From contig NZ_CBDDRA010000004.1 in the NCBI RefSeq assembly GCF_965232925.1, forward strand, positions 26,506-36,221: DNA of 9,716 bases, written 5' to 3'. Both the position numbers and the translations under genes were made by a program. This document shows positions 1 through 5,812 of the stretch, in pieces. Position 1 is the first letter of the stretch, and every line of letters starts with the position of its first letter. The stretch is from Tumidithrix helvetica PCC 7403 (GTDB lineage: Bacteria; Cyanobacteriota; Cyanobacteriia; Pseudanabaenales; Pseudanabaenaceae). The notes under the pieces are model-generated. The model saw only the letters and a program-made list of their open reading frames with translations, was not told where the DNA came from and made no database searches.

Positions 1-1512
1 GGAACCACTGTTTAAACAAGCGCTGGCACTGTGGCAAGAACTGTTAGGTGATCGCCATCCCAATGTCGCGACCAGTATCAACAACCTCGCATTACTGTGC
101 TATTCGCAAGGAAAATATGAAGAAGCGGAACCACTGTTTAAACAAGCGCTGGCACTGTGGCAAGAACTGTTAGGTGATCGCCATCCCGATGTCGCGAAGA
201 ATCTTAACAACCTCGCAGAAGTATATCGTTCACAAGGAAGATATGAAGAAGCGGAACCACTGTTTAAACAAGCGCTGGCACTGTGGCAAGAACTGTTAGG
301 TGATCGCCATCCCGATGTCGCGATGAGTCTCAACAACCTCGCATTGCTGTGCTATTCGCAAGGAAGATATGAAGAAGCGGAACCACTGTTTAAACAAGCG
401 CTGGAACTATCGCAAGAACTGTTTGGTGATCGCCATCCCGATGTCGCGATGAGTCTCAACAACCTTGCAATGCTGTACGGTTCGCAAGGAAGATATGCAG
501 AAGCGGAACCATTGTTTAAACAAGCGCTGGAACTATCGCAAGAACTGTTTGGTGATCGCCATCCCAATGTCGCGATGAGTCTCAACAACCTTGCAATGCT
601 GTACGATTCGCAAGGAAGATATGCAGAAGCGGAACCGTTGCTTAAACAAGCGTTAGCACTGTGGCAAGAACTGTTTGGTGATCGCCATCCCAATGTCGCG
701 ATGAGTCTCAACAACCTTGCAATGCTGTACGATTCGCAAGGAAGATATGCAGAAGCGGAACTGCTCTATAAAGAGGCGCTGCAGTTGAGTCGAGAACTAT
801 TAGGCGATCGCCATCCCTCTGTCGCCAACAGTCTCAACAACCTTGCCGAGTTGTATCGTTCGCAAGGAAGGTATGAAGAAGCGGAACACCTAAGATTGCA
901 ATGCTTAGAGATTGTGAGAGAGGCTCTTGGTGAAAAACATCCACAATTTGGTTCCAGCCTCAACAACCTCGCAGCGCTGTACAAGTCGCAAGGAAGATAT
1001 GAGGAAGCGGAGCCGCTCTATCTAGAGGCGCTGCAGTTGAGTCGAGAACTATTAGGCGATCGCCATCCCGATGTCGCCTCCAGTCTCAACAACCTCGCAG
1101 CGCTGTACGATTCGCAAGGGAGATATGAAGAAGCGGAACCGCTCTATAAAGAGGCGATGCAGTTGAGGCGAGAACTGTTGGGCGATCGCCATCCCGATGT
1201 CGCCTCCAGTCTCAACAACCTCGCAGCGCTGTATGATTCGCAAGGGAGATATGAAGAAGCGGAACCGCTCTATAAAGAGGCGATGCAGTTGAGGCGAGAA
1301 CTATTAGGCGATTGCCATCCCGATGTCGCTTCCAGTCTCAACAACCTCGCAGGTCTGTATCGTTCGCAAGGGAGATATGAAGAAGCCGAACTGCTCTATA
1401 AAGAGGCGATGCAGTTGAGGCGAGAACTATTAGGCGATTGCCATCCCGATGTCGCTTCCAGTCTCAACAACCTCGCAGTTTTGCGTTATCACCAAAATCG
1501 TTACGATGAGGC
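1..1512. repeat. Tandem array of 126-bp coding repeats (12 units, starting at 1, 127, 253, 379, 505, 631, 757, 883, 1009, 1135, 1261, 1387) in two DNA subfamilies
   Basis: The period is exactly 126 bp. The 60-mer ggaaccactgtttaaacaagcgctggcactgtggcaagaactgttaggtgatcgccatcc recurs perfectly at 1, 127 and 253. An 86-mer (gctctataaagaggcgatgcag...caacaacctcgcag) recurs perfectly at 1267 and 1393. Units 1-6 form subfamily A (GGT GAT CGC). Units 7 and 9-12 form subfamily B (GGC GAT CGC or TGC). Unit 8 (883-1008) is divergent. Confidence 0.95.
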
Positions 1513-1630
1513 GGAGTCACTATTTTTGCAAGCCCTAGAAATTTGGGAATCTGGTCTCGGTAACAATCATCCCAATACGCAAAGCGTTAAAAATTCTATT
1601 GCCTATCTACAGGCAAATCGTCCGAGTTAA
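2..1630 (+). CDS. TPR-repeat protein, C-terminal portion (5' end outside the window): 12 tandem 42-aa kinesin-light-chain-type TPR units plus a degenerate capping unit
   Basis: Frame 2 is open from nt 2 (EPLFKQALALWQELLGDRHPNVATSINNLALLCYSQGKYEEA...) and runs straight into the tracked ORF 323..1630. The Met at 323 is therefore only an internal Met of the repeat (VAMSLNNLA). The unit consensus is LNNLAxLYxSQGRYxEAEPLxKxALxLxxELxGDRHPxVAxS. The stop is TAA at 1628-1630. Confidence 0.9.
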   Translation, partial: EPLFKQALALWQELLGDRHPNVATSINNLALLCYSQGKYEEAEPLFKQALALWQELLGDRHPDVAKNLNNLAEVYRSQGRYEEAEPLFKQALALWQELLGDRHPDVAMSLNNLALLCYSQGRYEEAEPLFKQALELSQELFGDRHPDVAMSLNNLAMLYGSQGRYAEAEPLFKQALELSQELFGDRHPNVAMSLNNLAMLYDSQGRYAEAEPLLKQALALWQELFGDRHPNVAMSLNNLAMLYDSQGRYAEAELLYKEALQLSRELLGDRHPSVANSLNNLAELYRSQGRYEEAEHLRLQCLEIVREALGEKHPQFGSSLNNLAALYKSQGRYEEAEPLYLEALQLSRELLGDRHPDVASSLNNLAALYDSQGRYEEAEPLYKEAMQLRRELLGDRHPDVASSLNNLAALYDSQGRYEEAEPLYKEAMQLRRELLGDCHPDVASSLNNLAGLYRSQGRYEEAELLYKEAMQLRRELLGDCHPDVASSLNNLAVLRYHQNRYDEAESLFLQALEIWESGLGNNHPNTQSVKNSIAYLQANRPS

Positions 1631-1641
1631 GGAACAATCAA

Positions 1642-1840
1642 ATGATAAAAGATTTATTTCATGATGCAGTCAGAAATGCCCTAATCAAAGATGGTTGGCA
1701 GATTACTGAAGATCCATTATTTTTGAAAATAGGAGGAGTTGAACTTTATATCGATCTTGGAGCCGAAAGATTAATTGCTGCCGAACGAAACTCTGAATTA
1801 TGATATTGAAAATGAGGTGATTGTCACATGGAAAATCTAG
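1642..1840 (+). pseudogene. xisH: xisH-family gene remnant (fdxN-element excision controlling factor XisH family) with an internal deletion and frameshift
   Basis: ATG 1642 encodes MIKDLFHDAVRNALIKDGWQITEDPLFLKIGGVELYIDLGAERLIAAERNSEL, then TGA at 1801-1803 (53 codons). This matches the conserved XisH N-terminus as I recall it. The +1 frame at 1799-1840 reads YDIENEVIVTWKI-stop, which resembles the XisH C-terminal tail and overlaps the xisI start, as in intact xisHI pairs. The middle of the roughly 135-140 aa family protein is missing. Confidence 0.7.
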
Positions 1841-2172
1841 AGAAAATTGACAAATATCGCGCGATCGTCAAAGAAATCCTTAGCCAATATGCAACCTATA
1901 AACCCTCCTATGGCGACATTGAGATCCAAACCCTATTTGATACAGAACAGGATCATTATCAAGTTCTAGGCGTTGGTTGGAACAAAAAAGAAAGGATTTA
2001 CGGTTGTTCCATGCACCTAGATATAAAAAATGGCAAAATTTGGATTCAAATCAACAATACCGAACTCGATATCGGTCAAGCCCTCGTGGAAAAGGGTGTG
2101 CCCAAAGAAGATATCGTCATCGGTTTTCAGCCCGTTTATATCCGCCAAGTTTCAGGCTATGCGATCGCCTGA
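1828..2172 (+). CDS. xisI: XisI-family protein (fdxN-element excision controlling factor XisI family)
   Basis: The 114-aa ORF carries XisI hallmarks: KYRAIVKEILSQYA, YGDIEIQTLFDTEQDHYQVLGVGW, GCSMHLDIKNGKIWIQ, GVPKEDIVIGF. It sits immediately after, and overlaps, the xisH remnant, which is the canonical xisH-xisI order. Confidence 0.85.
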   Translation: MENLEKIDKYRAIVKEILSQYATYKPSYGDIEIQTLFDTEQDHYQVLGVGWNKKERIYGCSMHLDIKNGKIWIQINNTELDIGQALVEKGVPKEDIVIGFQPVYIRQVSGYAIA

Positions 2173-2232
2173 CGAAAAGATGTACAGAATAAGGGATCTG
2201 GGCATTTAGCCTTTTCCATCCCTAAAAGAAAT

Positions 2233-2529
2233 CTATTTGGGAATTTTAATCACGATCGTCAGTCCATTTAGGTAGGTGAAGTAATTGGATACACCATTCT
2301 CTTGGACTACGGTAAATCCTTTTTGCTTAAATTCGAGCGACTTGACCGAAAGAGGAGCCTCTAGTCCGCCCTCTGGTTTCACCACAATCGGAATTGGCTT
2401 ATCAATTTTAGCAGTCAATTTTGGATCGTGAAATAAAAAGTATCCAGCACCGAGACCGATCGCCACACCAGCAGCAGCCGTGAGGAAATATTTGAGCATA
2501 GGGACTAATTTCGTATTTTTCCCCACCAT
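2233..2529 (-). CDS. Hypothetical small membrane-anchored protein (98 aa; one N-terminal TM helix plus a beta-rich tail of about 60 aa)
   Basis: This is the only long ORF in this interval. The hydrophobic stretch YFLTAAAGVAIGLGAGYFLF is followed by a polar, beta-prone domain. I recognise no family motif. An alternative start is Met11 (nt 2499). No clear Shine-Dalgarno precedes either start. Confidence 0.5.
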   Translation of the reverse strand: MVGKNTKLVPMLKYFLTAAAGVAIGLGAGYFLFHDPKLTAKIDKPIPIVVKPEGGLEAPLSVKSLEFKQKGFTVVQENGVSNYFTYLNGLTIVIKIPK

Positions 2530-2590
2530 ACAATAATTCTCAAGTCCCGTAAATCAGCTCATTTTAAACTGCGGCATGAATCATCAAAAT

Positions 2591-2638
2591 ATGAAGCGCT
2601 TATTGATATTAGGAGGAAAAAACGATCTGCAAATTTAA
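2591..2638 (+). pseudogene. Ghost copy of the cobK 5' end (MKRLLILGG then divergent, stop after 15 codons)
   Basis: Segment 2582-2618 aligns to 2811-2847 (the live cobK start region) at an offset of 229 bp, including 9 of 10 nt upstream of the ATG. The ghost reads ATG AAG CGC TTA TTG ATA TTA GGA GGA and the live gene reads ATG AAA CGC TTA CTG ATT TTA GGG GGA. Both encode MKRLLILGG, and all four coding differences are synonymous. Confidence 0.6.
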
Positions 2639-2819
2639 GCTGAACGCGCTCGAATTCATCAAGAGATTACCATCACTAAATTAGATGGACTTTCTAAGTC
2701 ATAACAGCAATATTGCAAGTTGGATAGTTTAAAATCAGAAAAAAGGACACAGCCATGAATACATCTCGATATCCCATAGCTGCCGCACAAAAAAGAATGA
2801 GCAAATAGTTCATTAAAAT

Positions 2820-3578
2820 ATGAAACGCTTACTGATTTTAGGGGGAACAGGCGACGCGATCGCTTTAGCAGACAAAGCTACAAAGATTCCAGAGCTTGAA
2901 GCGATCAGTTCCCTCGCAGGTCGCACCCAAAACCCGATCGCACCTATAGGAAATGTCAGAATTGGTGGATTTGGTGGAGAGGATGGACTCACAGCCTACT
3001 TACAAGAGAACCACATCGATTTACTGATTGATGCTACCCATCCCTTTGCCGCTCAGATTTCCGCCCATGCCGCCACCGCCACCGCTACCTGTGGAATCCC
3101 GCATCTCATCCTCGTTCGTCCCCCATGGCAAAAGCAAACAGGCGATCGCTGGATTGAAGTCAAAAGCCATACTGCCGCTGCCCAAGTCTTATCCGAATTC
3201 GCAGGGAATTCTCTAAAGCGCGTCTTCCTGACGATCGGCAGACAGGAACTCGCAGCCTTCGCCGATCTCGATTCCATTTGGTTCTTAATGCGCTCGATCG
3301 ATCCACCTGCCTCTACTGTTAAAGTTCCTCATGGCAAGCTGCTCTTGGAACGAGGTCCATTTACCCTAGAAAACGAACGCAGTCTACTGATCGAATATCA
3401 GATCGATGCGATCGTCAGTAAAAACAGTGGTGGCGATGCTACCTATGCCAAGATCGTTGCCGCCAGAGAATTAGGCATTCCCGCCGTAATCGTCCAACGT
3501 CCTCCCATTCCACCTGTCGAGCAGGTTGATAGTGTAGACGCAGCGATCGCATGGTTGATGGAACGACTCGTCCAATGA
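2820..3578 (+). CDS. cobK: Precorrin-6A reductase / cobalt-precorrin-6A reductase (CobK/CbiJ family)
   Basis: The 252-aa ORF carries family motifs: MKRLLILGGTGDA, SLAGRT, RIGGFGGEDGL, IDLLIDATHPFAAQIS, VFLTIGRQEL, GPFTLENE, IDAIVSKNSGG, AARELGIPAVIVQRP. Confidence 0.93.
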   Translation: MKRLLILGGTGDAIALADKATKIPELEAISSLAGRTQNPIAPIGNVRIGGFGGEDGLTAYLQENHIDLLIDATHPFAAQISAHAATATATCGIPHLILVRPPWQKQTGDRWIEVKSHTAAAQVLSEFAGNSLKRVFLTIGRQELAAFADLDSIWFLMRSIDPPASTVKVPHGKLLLERGPFTLENERSLLIEYQIDAIVSKNSGGDATYAKIVAARELGIPAVIVQRPPIPPVEQVDSVDAAIAWLMERLVQ

Positions 3579-3595
3579 ATCCCCTGCACACAGGC

Positions 3596-3622
3596 AAGAG
3601 AGCTTCCAGATCCTCCTCTCTT
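3596..3622. terminator. Candidate hairpin between the convergent cobK and cbiG/cobJ genes (AAGAGAG-13 nt-CTCTCTT)
   Basis: A 7-bp inverted repeat lies at 3596-3602 and 3616-3622, in the 42-nt gap between the two convergent stop codons. There is no flanking U-tract and the stem is short, so the call is weak. Confidence 0.25.
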
Positions 3623-5051
3623 ACTCAAGGGATCGGGGGGGATCGTATCGTCTCGGTGTATACACCCAAACCTTTCCATCCTTACGGGAAATCGTGCGGG
3701 TCTGACTCGAACCAATAATAATCAGGGTTCGCATATCGGCATCTTCGGGATTGAAATCGCCGAGCGTGCAGACTTGAACCGCTTGTTTCGGTCTGCCAAG
3801 ATTGCGAGCCAATACCACAGGAGTTTCAGGCGATCGCCGCTGCAATAAAATCTCTTTCGCTTTGCCTAACTGCCAAGTCCGCTGTTTTGAAACGGGATTG
3901 TAAAAAGCGATCGCGAAATCTGCCTCAGCCACTGCGGCAATTCTCTGTTCGATTACCGACCAAGGCTTGAGCAGATCGGAGAGGGAAATTGCACAAAAGT
4001 CATGCCCAAGGGGTGCGCCCACCTGAGCTGCCGCCGCCTGCATCGCTGAGATGCCGGGTTCGACACGAATATCAATCGGTTCCCATTCTGGCTTGGCTTC
4101 CTGTTCCAATACCTCAAACACCGCCGCTGCCATCGCAAAAATCCCTGGGTCGCCAGAGGAAACCACGGCAACGGATTTTCCTGTGGCGGCGAGGTCGAGT
4201 GCAAATCTGGCTCGATCTAGTTCTTCGCGGTTATCCGAGTCGTGACGCTGTTGTCCTGTATGTAAGCACCCAGCTAAATCGAGATAGAACTTATAGCCGA
4301 CCCAATCCGTTGCCGATCGCAGGACGGCTTTTACTTCAGGCGACATCCATTCTGGCTTGCCCGGCCCCGTACCGACAATCGTGAGTTGACCTCGCGATGC
4401 CGTTGCACCGCTCGTGGGATGATAGACCAAGCAGTTAGGAGCGGGCGGAACGGCTTCTTCCGTGATGCGAATGAGCAGTTCGCCATCATCGGTAATCGGT
4501 AGTTTGCTTTGGTGCAACCAAGGGGCTTCACCCTCCAAGCGCAGGGTTGCACCAGCGAGCAGATCGGCAATAAACTTCTTGGCATCCTCTGGGTTTGCCA
4601 GCCTATATCCCTGTGGAGGATTTAGCAATGTCGTGCGAAATCGGATATCTCCCGTTGTCGTAATTGCAGGTTCAATGCCCAGCGCATCGGCAATTTGACG
4701 CGCTAGATCGTTCACGCCATGCAAACCGCCCAGCAAAGGCACGACGGCACTGCCATCTTCGGCAACGGCTAAGACGGGTGGCTCAGAACGTTTATCGGTC
4801 AAGAGTGGCGCGAGGGTGCGAATCAGAATGCCTGCGGCACAGATACCCACAATCGATGTTCCTTTAGCAAACAGTTCCTGTAACGTTTCGCCGAAATCGC
4901 TGAAACTGATATCCACACCCTCTGTTCGCCCTGCTAAGCCATAGAGAATGGAATTGGGTAAAGCAGTCATGAATTGCCTTGCTGTGGGAACGCTATTTTG
5001 TCCAAGCACCACTACTGCAAGCGTTGGAAAGAAAGGCTCTAAAGGCTTCAT
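3621..5051 (-). CDS. cobJ: Fusion protein: CbiG-like N-terminal and middle domains joined to precorrin-3B / cobalt-factor-III C17-methyltransferase (CobJ/CbiH)
   Basis: The N-terminal ~220 aa of this 476-aa product carry CbiG-type motifs: GICAAGILIRTLAPLLTDKRSEPPVLAVAEDGSAVVPLLGGLHGVNDLARQIADALGIEPAITTT. The C-terminal ~250 aa form a TP-methylase domain: LTIVGTGPG, VGYKFYLDL, VVSSGDPGIFAMA, GAPLGHDFCAISLSDLLKPW, FYNPVSKQR. I prefer ATG 5051 (MKPLE...), which forms an ATGA overlap with the cobI stop. The tracked start at 5093 is a TTG lying 46 nt inside cobI. Confidence 0.88.
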   Translation of the reverse strand: MKPLEPFFPTLAVVVLGQNSVPTARQFMTALPNSILYGLAGRTEGVDISFSDFGETLQELFAKGTSIVGICAAGILIRTLAPLLTDKRSEPPVLAVAEDGSAVVPLLGGLHGVNDLARQIADALGIEPAITTTGDIRFRTTLLNPPQGYRLANPEDAKKFIADLLAGATLRLEGEAPWLHQSKLPITDDGELLIRITEEAVPPAPNCLVYHPTSGATASRGQLTIVGTGPGKPEWMSPEVKAVLRSATDWVGYKFYLDLAGCLHTGQQRHDSDNREELDRARFALDLAATGKSVAVVSSGDPGIFAMAAAVFEVLEQEAKPEWEPIDIRVEPGISAMQAAAAQVGAPLGHDFCAISLSDLLKPWSVIEQRIAAVAEADFAIAFYNPVSKQRTWQLGKAKEILLQRRSPETPVVLARNLGRPKQAVQVCTLGDFNPEDADMRTLIIIGSSQTRTISRKDGKVWVYTPRRYDPPRSLE

Positions 5052-5812
5052 GACACTGACTTTTGTTGACTGGGGATCACAACTAGCGACCAATAGGGAA
5101 CTTCTGCGGGATCGACTTCTGCGATCGCCACAATTCTCTGATTTGGCATCGTCGCCCGTTCGATATACAGTGCCCTTGAGAATAATCCCAACTCTACTAG
5201 AACATCTCGAACTTTGCTGAAGTGCCGACCGATTTTGATGATGACTGCTGTATCTGCAACCGCGAGGCGATCGCGTAAAATTTCGGCTGAGAGCGTCGCA
5301 GGCATAATACTCAATACATCATCGCGATAGGTTAAAGGAACTCCTAATGCCGACGCACTCGCCATCGTGGAAGAGATGCCTGGTACGACTTCGGTTTTAA
5401 ACTGCCCTGACAGGCGATTAAACAGATACATAAAGGAGCCATATAGAAATGGTTCTCCTTCACAGAGAACAGCAACATCTTGACCGTTACTGAGATAACC
5501 TGCCAATTTTTCGGCAGCTAGATCGTAGTAGGGTTGAGAAGAGCGAACTGGACTAAAGGGCAGGGGCAAGGGAACTTCAATTTGATCGGCACGCAGATAG
5601 TCGGCGACGATCGCTCTCGCTAACACCTTGCCATTTTCCATAGTGGGATAGGCAATCACTGGCACCGATTGTAAAATTCGATAGGCTTTGAGTGTAATCA
5701 GCTCTGGATCGCCCGGTCCAATCCCCAAGCCATAGAGGCGACCTGTTTGAGGGGCGCGATCGCGCTCTCCATCGGCAGCATTTATCTCAGGATTTATCTC
5801 GGAGTCGATCAT
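5048..5812 (-). CDS. cobI: Precorrin-2 / cobalt-factor-II C20-methyltransferase (CobI/CbiL)
   Basis: The 254-aa ORF has the TP-methylase signature LYGLGIGPGDPELITLKAYRILQSVPVIAYP, plus VLCEGEPFLYGSF and VVPGISS. The ATG at 5812-5810 overlaps the cobG stop by 1 nt (TAATG). Confidence 0.9.
   Translation of the reverse strand: MIDSEINPEINAADGERDRAPQTGRLYGLGIGPGDPELITLKAYRILQSVPVIAYPTMENGKVLARAIVADYLRADQIEVPLPLPFSPVRSSQPYYDLAAEKLAGYLSNGQDVAVLCEGEPFLYGSFMYLFNRLSGQFKTEVVPGISSTMASASALGVPLTYRDDVLSIMPATLSAEILRDRLAVADTAVIIKIGRHFSKVRDVLVELGLFSRALYIERATMPNQRIVAIAEVDPAEVPYWSLVVIPSQQKSVS

Noticed and set aside
100-1243. Antisense ORFs across the TPR array (100..336, 352..714, 766..984, 1052..1243, minus strand)
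   Set aside because: They are periodic, low-complexity mirror images of the plus-strand repeat (MLRLIATSGWRSPNSSC... recurring every 126 nt). A repeat that happens to lack stops in one antisense frame propagates that open frame. The plus-strand TPR reading is unambiguous.
1-1512. Possibility that the regular 126-bp repeats are a CRISPR array or a DGR template/variable-repeat pair
   Set aside because: There is no repeat-spacer alternation, because the units abut and are continuously coding in one frame. The differences between units include C/T and G/A changes rather than adenine-specific changes. No reverse transcriptase or cas gene is present in the window.
1977-2192. 71-aa ORF in an alternative frame within xisI
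   Set aside because: It lies almost entirely inside the strongly supported xisI frame. The product is Arg- and Ser-rich and low in complexity, with no recognisable motif.
2192-2222. Possible hairpin AGGGAT-N20-ATCCCT between the convergent xisI and the 98-aa ORF
   Set aside because: The stem is 6 bp with a 20-nt loop and no U-tract, so it is not distinguishable from chance.
2755-2808. 17-codon upstream ORF (MNTSRYPIAAAQKRMSK) with an AAGGA 8 nt upstream, ending 11 nt before the cobK ATG
   Set aside because: It is too short to support from sequence alone, and no attenuator or terminator structure follows it. It could be a leader peptide, but equally chance in AT-rich DNA.
2530-2819. Search for a second cobalamin riboswitch upstream of cobK
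   Set aside because: The interval contains no GGGAA...GGUG...UCC core, no CnACUGU element and no B12-box-like motif on the plus strand.
5052-5093. Extended N-terminus (TTG 5093, MVASCDPQSTKVSV) for the cbiG/cobJ fusion, as given in the ORF track
   Set aside because: It would overlap cobI by 46 nt and begins with TTG. The ATG at 5051 gives the classic ATGA stop-start overlap and begins just before the conserved CbiG-like region. It is kept only as a minor alternative.
3028-5220. Many short ORFs overlapping cobK, cbiG/cobJ and cobI in other frames or strands (3028..3216, 3053..3277, 3443..3715, 3953..4204, 3989..4384, 4051..4245, 4331..4585, 4462..4698, 4664..4867, 4948..5220)
   Set aside because: All are shadowed by long ORFs with clear family motifs. 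Their products are Pro/Arg/Ser-rich, as is typical of off-frame translation of moderately GC-rich coding DNA.
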